DNA of 64,000 nt from positions 1,525,927 to 1,589,926 of the forward strand of contig OZ316898.1 of the NCBI GenBank assembly GCA_973895155.1, in the 5' to 3' direction. The notes beneath the pieces are model-generated. The model searched no databases, was not told the origin of the DNA, and was given only the letters and a program-made list of their open reading frames with translations. A program made the position numbers and the translations under genes. This stretch comes from Marsupella aquatica (Eukaryota > Plantae > Marchantiophyta). Below, in pieces: positions 13,035-24,487 of the stretch (positions are counted from its first letter, which is position 1; every line of letters begins with the position of its first letter).

Positions 13035-13633
13035 CTGGCCAAAAGTCTGACCAAAAGTCCAACGAGATTTTAGTGTAAGAACAATCAAAGCTATGGACAG
13101 GTGTACCGAGCATAAATAACTTGAAGGTCTAAGCTACCATGACTTCTTGTTGTTCAGCTATGTTTCCCAACTATCAACTCACAGGAAGAAGGATCAATCA
13201 ATGTTTCCCGAAGCAATCCCAGTATAGATGATCCCCTAGTGACCATAATCATACTCTAAGGAGCACACCAAAAATCTCTGAAAAGTACTACAGGAGGAGC
13301 ACTGTATCATAATCTGCCGGCCTCTCAATGCAGAAGCATGATGACTACTATTGCGAGAGATCAGGAAACTGGGAATTAGAATGATTTGAAGGATGGCAAA
13401 ATACGGTAGATAGGTTCAACTAGTTTGTCAGCAAACACCGCAAAGGACTGAATCAATAAGCATCCTATACCTCACTCATTTCCTCATTTTTTGCCCCAGC
13501 TCAATTATTGGACTGCCATTTAGTTTCTTTAAGCCTGTCTTCTCTAACACCATGGAAGATTCGACTTACTGAGTAATGGACCTGAACCAGAGCGAACTTG
13601 ACAGTTTGCATTGGCATGGTACGAGATACTTAC

Positions 13634-14402
13634 ATTTATAATCTTCAGTGGGATAGAGAAGACCGAGGAACGTCTCGTTCACGCTCACAACTAGCTTTTT
13701 GGGATTGTTCACTGAATGCAAAAAGCTCAAGTTTAGTGCAGAACGCAAAGTTCACTGAACACGCAGCATAGGACCTCAAAAACAAACCACAAACGCAGCC
13801 TGGCTACTCAAAGTGAGCATGCGCATTCCTGTTTACCAAAGTACTCCCGATCAATGGCTGTCATGACACACTAATACATCTATTATCCTGATGCACAGAG
13901 AACAGGGGCTGAGACAAATTGTGCAATTCATGGGAAGAAGACACAATCCCGCCCAATTAACATAGTCTCCAGCCAATCACATTCATGATCTGAGGTGAGA
14001 CATGACATACAACAATCGCTGATGCAGAGATCTAAGAATCGTCTCAATCCAAGGAACGGAACATCTCACAACATCACGGACATTTCACAGTAAGAAAATG
14101 CAACACCCACCCTGTGCATCTATGACATCGAGTGAACAGTCCACGATGTCGTGAAATTTTCAGGGCATCGTCTCTGTTCGCAAAACTTTGCAGATAGAGA
14201 GGATTATTCTGCGCAGAAAACATCCAGCGAAAAACGGACAAAAAGCTTATTCATCAAGGTCGAAGACAAGAAAAGGAATGTTCTGTTGCCCAAGGTCCGT
14301 GTAACATGTGTGACACAGTAAAAAATGTGACTGGTGGTACATAAGCTCTTAAGATTGAGCTACGAGACCCCCCTGCTGACCAACGACAGCCACACACACA
14401 AT
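13634..14402 (-). pseudogene. TRAPPC2L: TRAPPC2L 5' fragment (exons 1-3)
   Basis: Homologous to 27150-27828; ATG lost, intron-1 donor GT>GG, exons 4-5 absent. Confidence 0.9.
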
Positions 14403-15784
14403 GCTGATACCGTCTCTCTCCTCTGCGAGATATTCTAGGTTTCGAGTGAAATCACATGAGTTACTTTAATTTGCGATCCGAACTCCAGAGTTTGACACAT
14501 CGGTACAAAGACCAGACATGTGGGGGTCCTCATGTGCTGGACATTGCCCTACTTATAGTTTTCGATCCTGCAACTCCATTCAGGGTCAATCATCGAAATC
14601 TTCCCGATACATATGATCGAGACCTGCCTGTATTTGTCCATTCTTAGTCTATGCCAGGCAAGGGTGAAGAATTATGAGTCTCCGACTGATGTTTGGGTAC
14701 TAATTTAGACTGACGACTCCCAAACGTAAGCTGCACAGTCCTCCGTTCTCTTCAACAACTACTTTAAACAGTGAAGTAATCTAAATGGATGTTGATCGAA
14801 ATCAGTTTAAACTACGCGGCCCTTGGTTCTGCTGAGGCTACAGCAGCCAAGAGAACAGCTCGGAGCCTTGATTGAAGACTATGCTCTCGAACTCGAGCTC
14901 GAGACAGAGAGATATAGAGAGAGCCGGAAAAAAGTTGACAGGAGTGCAAAGCGAGAACCCACTCCCGTTCTTTCAACAACACAACCCTCTTCCTTCCCGC
15001 TGCCTGACTTACGAATTGAAGTTGCATGGCGACAGAAGCAGTCATGTACATTGAAAACTTACCTTGTGATGACGAAAACGCTCTGGGATGGGCCGCTACT
15101 CCCAGGACTATCCCACACTCTCAGGAAAAATCCTTCGTGCAATGCTCGGACCAAATTCCAGTGATTATCGTGAGCTCATCGGTGTCGGGTGCAAACTAGT
15201 AAGAAAGAGAGTTGCGAAGTGTCGATGGGCACAGAAGCTCACGATTTCAAACCGAGCGAAAAAGCTTACGATTTCAAAATGCAGGGCGAAGTTGGCAGGG
15301 TGAGTGCGAGTATCTTGAACAGTCGCACTCTATAATTAGCGCAGCCGTTTGGCGGCATGTGTCACTGGCAATCCTTTGTTTTATTGTCAAGTGAAAGTTC
15401 GAGACCTGCAAGGGCCAGAAACTTTCGGACCCTTGCACTTGGGACCCCACATTGAGCGCAGTCAGGACTGCTGCATGAGGGGGCTACGCCAGAAACTCTC
15501 ACTGAAACATATCCTCCCACGACTGAGGTTGAAGGCCGCATTTCTTAGGACCCTCCACATGCGAGATGGGTCTAATAAACTGCATTGATGTCGGGATATG
15601 TCCCAAGGGCATGGGCCGGAATTGGAGGTCGCGAGCTTTCTTTGCATAATAAAACAAAATGCTATTCGTCACACATCTCGCTAAGTGCAGCATGTACTCT
15701 TCAGTTCCAGGTAGTCACCCTGCAAACTAGGCGTGCATTCTTCGCACCTCTCTTTGCACTGCTACTGACCTCGCGCTAACCTTG

Positions 15785-16796
15785 GCAGTGATCGCACCCC
15801 ACAGAGTGATTGAAATTTCTTTGCCACAGTATTCAAATTCTCTCGCTTTTTATCACTTCAATCAGCACGAAGGATCTCAACTCACAAGGCTAGCTAAAGC
15901 CACTATTTTCATCCTGACCAGGTACAGATTGACTGTACATGACTGTCTTTCTTTCCTCAGCAAATTTGAATTTCTCAAGTGTAGCAACAACTACCGTTGA
16001 CACAATGGACAATTTAGGCTATCGACTGGGTAATCCACTTCCGCTTCTTGCAGAAGCCCAGCGGTATTACTAAGTGATTGACAGCGTAATCTTATATCAA
16101 GTAGTGGTTTTGTGACATCGTTCTTTCTACACTATGTCCTGCCATCAGTCGTCTGAATTCTATAAGCATACTTGGCTCGAATGCCATCTGCCTTCCCGAT
16201 AAGAGCTTCCAAATTTTGCTTCCAATATTCTTTGCTTTTCCCTCCTTGCAAGCGGTCGGGAAAGCCAGGAACAACCCCCTTGAGTCCGAGTTTCTCTATG
16301 ACATCAACTGCCTGTACACTCCCTTCAGCGGACTCGGACTTTCTACACCATTCTGTTTTTGTGACATCGTTCTTTCTACACTATGTTCTGTTTGTGGTTC
16401 AATTGTGGACTGCTTGTGTCTTTCGTTCTCTCTACTGACTGCGGGAGGCAACAGATGAGAATTATTGTATGTGTAAATCCGTGAGCATGTGCATGTCGCC
16501 CAGTGTCGAGTCTCTATATCGATTCGGAAAAGTGACCAATCCTTTGTCCACACATCGTGTGATTTTATTATCACTCGCTCTTCACTCCTGTCATGTCATT
16601 ATCGCTCGCTATGTTACACTTGCTGAAATTTAAAGTTGACTATTAAAGCGATACTAGTTTTGTAAGGGACCAACTCTCGTAAGAAACAAAAGCTCCACTA
16701 AGGGCTGGAAAAAGTTCTGCGTGCAAGTCCACTACTGAGTTTCAGGTGCTTTATCTAATGTAGCTCAGCTAGTTATTTTGCTTGATGTGAACTGTT
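15785..16796 (+). repeat. inner inverted repeat, left arm
   Basis: Reverse complement of 17283-17690 plus ~18030-18672. Confidence 0.9.
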
Positions 16797-16911
16797 AGGG
16801 AGGAACTGAAACTAGTAATGTAGCAAACTAATAAAATAATGCAACTCATTCAACCTTGCAAAATACATCACAAGGCCTATTTCAGCTCATTGCCTCTAAC
16901 TCATGAACCTG

Positions 16912-17333
16912 TTAGACCTTCTCCCCTGTCCTCATTGCTCGTGCAACCCAAGCGTCCCTGATCCAGTCATAGCTACTGCCGCCAAAGTCCTCAAATGTAC
17001 ATGAATCGACCAGATGAAGGCGGCAAAGCCCTGATGGAGCCGGTTCAGCTAGGAGGTTTAATTTGGCATTGTTCATTTCGTCCTGGTAATCTGATCTATG
17101 AAGTATGCAGTTCACAGAACTGGTTTGTACATCAGGGTCAGCCCGCTTTAAGGTTGTAAGTATGGAGTGACCTGCCAAGAGGATTCGACTTAACTTGTAA
17201 GGACTCCGAGCTGTTTTCTCGGCTGCTCTAGCCTCAAGAAAACCATTCAAATCCTCAATGTTTAAAGTAATCATTGAAGAGAAGCAGTTCATATCAAGCC
17301 AAATAACTCGCTGAGCTACATTAGATAAAGCAC
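16912..17333 (-). other. unidentified coding-like exon running from the inner right arm into the palindrome spacer
   Basis: tttcag acceptor, then open frame ALSNVAQRVIWLDMNCFSSMITLNIEDLNGFLEARAAEK...DWIRDAWVARAMRTGEKV; a candidate 12-nt microexon (cag|ATGAGAATTATT|gtatgt) lies upstream. Confidence 0.45.
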
Positions 17334-18672
17334 CTGAAACTCAGTAGTGGACTTGCACGCGGAACATTTTCCAGCCCTTAGTGGAGCTTTTGTTTCGTAC
17401 GAGAGTTGGTCCCTTACAAAACTAGTATCGCTTGAATAGTCAACTTTGGAATTTCAGCAAGTGTAATATAGCGAGCGATAATGACATGACAGGAGTGAAG
17501 AGCGAGTGATAATAAAATCACACGATGTGTGAATAAAGGATTGGTCACTTTTCCGAATCGATATAGGGACTCGACACTGGGTGACATGCACATGCTCACG
17601 GATTTACACATACAATAATTCTCATCTGTTGCCTCCCGCAGTCAGTAGAGAGAACGAACGACACAAGCAGTCCACAATTGAACCAAAAACCCAAAAGCTT
17701 CAATGTATGGCTGTGACACAATCATGAGTGAGGCTAGTGATTTTGGGTCCGAGCTAGGTGAGTCAGACTGGAAAATGTACGAGAGGTGAGAACAGCCAGG
17801 AATGATCGAGGAGAGCAATGAGGCGGCTGTGTGATGACGAATTGTGGTGAAGGGAAAAATGTCAGTTTCCGCTGGGACTCAAAGAAGTTCACCCGCTGGA
17901 GCTGGAGTTGGGTCTTACTTGAAATCGCACTGTGAGCGAGGTCGAGAGCTGGCGAGGAAACCGGACGAAGAGCTAGACAAACTAAGAATGATGTCACGAA
18001 AAGGGCTACTTGAAATTCCGAAGCTATCAATTAGTGTAGAAAGAACGGTGTCACAAAAACAGAACATAGTGTAGAAAGAACCATGTCACAAAAACAGAAC
18101 ATGGTGTAGAAAGTCCGAGTCCTCTGAAGGGAGTGTAAAGGCAGTTGATGTCATAGAGAAACTCGGACTCAAGGGGGTTGTTCCTGGCCTTGCCGACCGA
18201 TTGCAAGGAGGGAAAAGCAAAGAATATCGGAAGCAAAATTTGGAAGCTCTTATCGGATAGACAGGTGGCATTCGAGCCAAGTATGCTGATAGAATTTCGG
18301 ACAACTGACGGCAGGACATAGTGTAGAAAGGACGATGTCACAAAAGCCACTACTTGATATAAGACTACGCTGTCAATTACTTAGTAATACCCCTGCGCTT
18401 CGGGAAGAAGCGGAAGTGGATTACCCAGTCGAGTCGATAGCCTAAATTGTCCATTGTGTCAACGGTAGTCGGTGCTACACTTGAGAAATTCAAATTCGCT
18501 GAGGAAAGAAAGACAGTCATGTACATTCAATAAGTACCTGGCCAGGACGAAAGCAGTGTCGTTAGCTAGCCTTGTGAATTGAGATCCTTCGTGCTGATTG
18601 AAGTGATAAAAAGCGAGAGAATTTGAAAACTGTCGCAAAGAAATTTCGATCACTCTGTGGGGTGCGATCACT
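17283..18672 (-). repeat. inner inverted repeat, right arm (extra ~340-bp segment and ~35-bp repeats)
   Basis: Pairs with 15785-16796; tagtgtagaaagaacgatgtcacaaaa-like unit at ~18032, ~18067 and ~18318. Confidence 0.88.
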
Positions 18673-20561
18673 ATGAGGAAAGACAATAGGGAGGGTCTGG
18701 ATTTTGTGTAGGAACAAGGAATACCACCTGACCTAGACTTAGTTATTAGATATTAGTGAGAGGGACATATATATGATAGCCCGGGTCATGTATTTCATGC
18801 ATGGCAGAATGCCTGGAGTTGGATATCACTATTACATATCCCAAGCTGGGTGTACACGTTGCAGTTTTTTTTAGGAAGACACTATGCTGATTTGCAAAAG
18901 AAGTGCACGTACTTTATATCACGGTACATGGGGTCCCGATTAGGATTGATATTTCAAGGTTTGTGGCCTCGAAAGGGAAGATTGTTTGGACTTATCCACC
19001 CAAATGAATGGTCTCACATGAGTGAAATTAAAAGTATGGCTACTATATGCATCCCCTTAGTGGACCTTGACAGGAAGTGATTCCTTCGGAAAGTAGTCTC
19101 GCGTTCGCCAAGTCTAATGTTGCAAGTGATAATCAAATCACAGGAGCTCACTTGAGTATTCAAACATGAAACAATTGACACTGCATTGCTTTCCAGGATT
19201 ATCGCTTTGCAGGAGGGATTGCGCAGATTTTGAGATGTCATTGCTTTCCCGAATTCAAGGTCGTAACAAGTGAGTAGAACTTTTTAAAGTAAACTTGGCA
19301 TACCAAAGGTTACTCAAACATGTTGTAGTCGGAAGTCTTCCGGGAAGTCGTCATTGTTGGTCTCTCACAAGGGGCGGCATGTAGTAATAGTTAGTGGTAG
19401 TCAGAAAGAACGAAATACATAAATCTGTTGGAGGTTCGGCTTCCTGGTCAGAAGAGGGTAAAGAGAGGCACAGGGAAATACAGTAGAAAGCAGATCTGGT
19501 GAGAAGCTTTGAGATGAGCGCAGAGATGGCGGAGACCAAACTTCGTGTTCTGCTGAAAAGGCTGCACTGGAATTGATATCGACTTGTGCTTGAGTATTCG
19601 GACGACTGAATCATGAAGAACAAATCGGACAGATGAGATTGAGTGGGATCTGAGTTCTGGGAATTCGATTCTTCCTCTGTTTTTCAATTTTGCCCAAGGG
19701 CCTGGAGTCATTGTCCTCAACTCCTCGTGAAAGAGGAGCTATGGTAGGACTGTAGGACGAAGGGAACGAGAGAACTTACAGAGGAAGCTCCACCAACCGG
19801 ATTACCGGATTACCAGTTCTGCCTCTCATGCAAGCCATGGACCCAACTCGCATGTAGAAGGGTCGTAAAATATGAGGCCCTAAAGTGAGGAAGATGATAT
19901 GATACAATTTGGCAGCAGAATTTGAGATAGCAAAACCAATAACAGCCTATCAAGCCGGCCGGGACATTCCAAGCTCTCAGTCTCTCACGGTCTGCTCTGT
20001 TTGTCTTCGTAAACAGACTTAAATACTTTGTCACTCCATTGTCAGCTCATGTGGTCCCTAGTGCAGGCTGTGGATAAGACTCTTTCATTAAAGTTCGACG
20101 TTCACAGTCATGGTGCTGTTCTTACCTGTGTAGAATTGAAACGGAACGAGCGAAACTTCCGATCAAAGTGAAATGCGTGGACTTCTTAATCGTGAACTTC
20201 GTGATGTCCCCAAGTCGTAGCGCAATCCAGCAAAGCGATGGTGGAGCAGATTGGAGGTGAGCAATAGCGAATGTGAAAAGGAAGTCGAAGAAGAACGGGA
20301 GTGCACGCAGTTTTGGAAGCGACATTTTGCAGGGACTCACAAGAACTGGCTGTCGTGGCCTGTATAATCTGCAGAGGCAAACGACAAGCGCGGACACGTA
20401 ACGGAATGTGCAGGAAACACATAGCAGGTTCATAGATTCTGTGGGATAGCGCCCCTTGCATTTCGCCGGCAGACTCGGGAGTGTTAAGGACGGTTTTTTT
20501 AGGGCCGCTAACATGCGAGTTGGACCTAGAATATCTTGCAGAGGAGAGAGACGGTATCAGC

Positions 20562-21326
20562 ATTGTGTGCGTGGCTATCGTTGGTGAGCAGGTGGGTCTC
20601 GCAGCTCAATCTTAAGAGCTTATGTACCACCAATCACATTCTTCAATGTATCACGCGTATTTCACCGACCTTGGGGAACAGAACAGTCCTTTTCTTGTCT
20701 TGAACCTTGATGAATAACCTTGGTGTCCGGTTTTCGCTGGATGTCTTGTGCGTAGAATAATCCTCTCTATCTGAAAAGTTTTGCGAACGGAGACGATGCC
20801 CTGAAATTTCACGACATCGTGCACTGTTCACTCGATGTCATAGATGCACAGGGTGGGTGTTGCATTTTCTTACTGTAAAATGTCCGTGATGTTGTGAGAT
20901 GTTCCGTTCCTTGGATTGAGACGATTCTTAGATCTCTGCATCAGCGATTGTTGTGTCATGTCTCACCTTGGATCATGAACGTGATTGGTTGGAGACTATG
21001 TTAATTGGGCGGGATTGTCTCGTCTTCCCATGAATTTCACAATTTGTCTCAGCCACTGTTCTCTCTGCATCAGGATAATAGATCTATTAGTGTGTCATGA
21101 CAGCCATTGATCGGGAGTACTTTGGTAAACGGGAATGTCATGCTCATTTGAGTAGCCAGGCGGCGTTTGTGGCTTGTTTTTGAGGTCCTATGCTGCGTGT
21201 TCAGTTAACTTTGCGTTCTGCACTAAACTTTAGCTTTTTGCATTCAGTGAACAATCCCAAAAAGCTCGGTGTGAGCGTGAACGAGACGTTCCTTGGTCTT
21301 CTCTATCCCACCGAAGATTAGAAAGT
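20562..21326 (+). pseudogene. TRAPPC2L: TRAPPC2L 5' fragment (exons 1-3)
   Basis: IVCVAIVGEQ / NNPLYLKSFANGDDALKFHDIVHCSLDVID / VNNPKKLGVSVNETFLGLLYPTED*; ATG deleted, TAT>TAG in exon 3. Confidence 0.92.
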
Positions 21327-21974
21327 GTAAGTAACTCGTACCATGCCTAAGGAAAATGTCAAGTTCGCTCTGGTTTGGTCATTACTCAGTAAGTCGAATC
21401 TTACATGGTGTTAGAGACGACAGGCTTAAAGAAACTAAATGGCAGTCCAATAATTGAGCTGGGGCAAATGATGAGGAAATGAACGAGGTATAGGATGCTT
21501 ATTGATTCAGTCGTTGGCGGTGTTGCTGACAACACGCTGAGCGCGGTGTTGCTGACAACACGCTGAGCCTATCTACCGTATTTTGCCATCCTTCAGATCA
21601 TTCTAATTCCCAGTTTCCTGATCTCTCGCAATAGTAGTCATCATGCTTCTGCATTGAGAGGCCGGCAGATTATGATACAGTGCTCCTCCTGTAGTACTTT
21701 TCAGAGATTTTTGGTGTGCTCCTTAGAGTATGATTATGGTCACTAGGGGATCATCTATACTGGGATTGCTTAGGGAAACATTGATTGATCCTTCTTCCTA
21801 TGAGTTGATAGTTGGGAAACATAGCTGAACAACAAGAAGTCATGGTAACTTAGACCTTCAAGTTATTTGTGCTTGTTACCCCCGTCCATAGCTTTGATTG
21901 TTCTTACACTAAAATCTTGTTGGACTTTTGGTCAGACTTTTGGCCAGATTTTCTCCATGATACATAGGTCATGG

Positions 21975-22318
21975 TGTTAGATATTGCTCTAGTCTTGTGA
22001 CTCATGAGCTAACCACAATTAGTCTAACTTGGGTTAGGACTTAGCTAATGTTAGCGGTAGTGCTGGTGTGCATATAGCCAGGGCTGATGTCAGACCCTGG
22101 TGGAACTTAGGCTCATTGTTACGGAGCTAGTTGAGAGATAGGGAGAGCTTGTGTTGTGGATGTTTGGTATGGCCGGTCGGTCTAGAGTGCAGTAAAGCTC
22201 TTGTGTGTTCCCGTGGACGTAGCCTCATGTGGAGGTGAACCACGTATCTCTCTGTGTCGACTATTGCGCGTTGGATGGTTCATGGGCTTGCCGTTGCGAA
22301 TGTTGTCTATGCTCAACA
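21975..22318 (+). mobile_element. solo LTR related to the copia LTRs
   Basis: TG...CA, 344 bp, TSD CATGG (21970-21974 and 22319-22323); the left arm (~13010) shows the empty site with a single CATGG. Confidence 0.95.
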
Positions 22319-22875
22319 CATGGGCCAGATTATCGGACAGGAGCATCCATGGGATGCGAGAGCAAGGTGCAGACTACCACGTGTATGGAAGAGGGCAGTC
22401 AGCACTTCAGACCATCGAGGTCTGTCTCGGTGATGTAGCACATCGATTTTACGTCGACTCCTGCCTTGCTGAGACACCAGATTCTGATGCGATCACCCTA
22501 GGGCCCTACGATCCTCTGTTACAATTTGTTGGACCTGGACCTCCATCTGGTGCTGAAGTTGTACCTTCGGGCAATCACCAATATGAGATCATTTTGGAGG
22601 CGAACTCCATTTTGACAGCTTATCAACCTCTTCAGGATATTGCATTTGCCCCCGGAGCTCCTTTTATTGCGGTTGGACCACCAGTTGCCTTGCCTTTGTT
22701 GGGCCTGTTGTTCCATCACTATTCCATTGCAGCTCATGCTGTTGTCCAGCGGATTTCTACTCCGGGACCTGGAGTTTGCCCGGTCATCAACTCCCAACTT
22801 ACGGGAACGGTGATGGGGGGAATTCATCTTACCTATGCCAATTGCATCCTTGGCATCAAAGTGCCTCGAGGATGA
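22282..22875 (+). CDS. hypothetical 197-aa ORF with its start supplied by the solo LTR
   Basis: ATG at 22282 inside the LTR is in frame with the uninterrupted unidentified exon (...WARLSDRSIHG...CILGIKVPRG*). Confidence 0.4.
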   Translation: MGLPLRMLSMLNTWARLSDRSIHGMREQGADYHVYGRGQSALQTIEVCLGDVAHRFYVDSCLAETPDSDAITLGPYDPLLQFVGPGPPSGAEVVPSGNHQYEIILEANSILTAYQPLQDIAFAPGAPFIAVGPPVALPLLGLLFHHYSIAAHAVVQRISTPGPGVCPVINSQLTGTVMGGIHLTYANCILGIKVPRG

Positions 22876-24141
22876 GGTGAGTTCCTGGGTGAGTTGACAC
22901 TAAGTTAGGACTGTGAATGGCTGGTAACTTTTTTGTGGCTAGTAACTTTTGTGTGCTGTTTAACATTGGATCCTTCTCCTCTGACTTTCAGTTTCTTTAC
23001 AAAGTTGCCACATGCCTGTTATGCCGCAGAGTTACTAAATAAGACACTGATATCTTGCAAATTTTTTGGTTGTTCTAGAGAAATTGAAGAAGAGACTTCT
23101 TTGTTCACATCTCATCCCCTGGAGATTGACCATACCAAGGAGGCTCTCTCCCAAAAACACACTCCACAAAGTTTTGGAACAAAGCTCCAACTGGACTAAG
23201 AATAGTCGTGTGGTTTGCCAAGCAGATTCATGTAGTTTTTGGTAAACCCATTTTGAAATCTCAGCCTAATGTGCCTAGGGACATGGCTACTTGTAGGAAG
23301 TGTGTAGTTTAGATCTACCTCTTATTTTAGACTCTTGGGTTTTTTTTCAGCTCTTTGGTCTTCTTGTTGTCTTCCTTTGTCTTCCCCATTTATTGGGTAT
23401 TTTGGCTTTGGGATCATGTCTTCTAGGATGGCGTCTTTTGTCTTGTTCAAACTGCTTCACCATCAAATTAAAAAAGCAAAAAATTACTTTATGGGCCGTT
23501 TATCAACATGCAGCTGAGGCAAGAAATTGAAACCTTGTGCTGTACTTACCATCTTTGTAAATAGCTGTCTCTTAAAGTAATGCTAAAGAGCATTAGTATG
23601 TTGTGGAGCAGAACTCATCATTGTGCTGGTGAACCTCGTTGGCTTATTATAATGCTCAATTTCAATGAGGAAGAGAGGCACTTTAGAGTTTCCCAAAGTT
23701 GAGAGCATACAGGAGCCAATTGTGCTTAGAGAAAGTTAGTCATTTGATTGGCCAATACCAACCTTTCCTTTTCATGTCTTGAAACACACAATTCATGGAA
23801 AGAGTATGTAATAAATTTAATCAGAGTTGAATCATGCTGAGATGGCCGAGAAACCCCACAAACAGCACCTGGTCCATGTAGTTAGATCTAGAGGACCTGT
23901 CGAGTAGTACCAAGTACAGACCTAAAGAAGAGGAAGTGCTTTAGCAAAGATAGAGGATACACTGCAATCCACGGATGAAAGAATGACAAGCAAGGTTAAC
24001 CAGGAAGTGACAAGGACCCTTTGTGATTGGAGACCTCAAGATCTACATCACATCAACAGCCATAATCAGAACATTTAAGACATAGGGGAATGACCTGAAG
24101 GCCCCAAAATCTACCAGAGTATGGGCAGCTGACGACAAACT

Positions 24142-24487
24142 TGTTGAGCATAGACGACCCTCGTAACGGTAAGCACATGACACATCCAACGCGCAAGTAG
24201 TCGACACAAGAGATATGTGGTTCACCTCCTCAAGGCTACGTCCACGGGAACACACAAGAGAGCTTTACTGAACTCTAAGCCAGTCGACCATACCAAGTCT
24301 CCACAGTGTAAGCTCTCCTCATCTCTCAAGTGGCTTCATAACAATGAGCCTTAGAAGTTCCACTTATCCAAACAAACACCACTTGGCATATAATGTGCAT
24401 CCTAGTTAACCTAACCACATCTCCAACTATGGTTAGCCTAACTACGGTTACATGTCGTAACCCTAGACCTTGAGTAAATACCTAACA
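24142..24487 (-). mobile_element. solo LTR, same family, reverse orientation
   Basis: 346 bp, reverse complement similar to 21975-22318; TSD AAACT (24137-24141 and 24488-24492). Confidence 0.93.

Larger units (their letters stand above)
11750..14450 (-). repeat. outer inverted repeat, left arm
   Basis: Reverse complement of ~20524-23590 once the solo LTR in the right arm is removed; ends are approximate. Confidence 0.9.
20524..23590 (+). repeat. outer inverted repeat, right arm
   Basis: Reverse complement of ~11750-14450. Confidence 0.9.
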
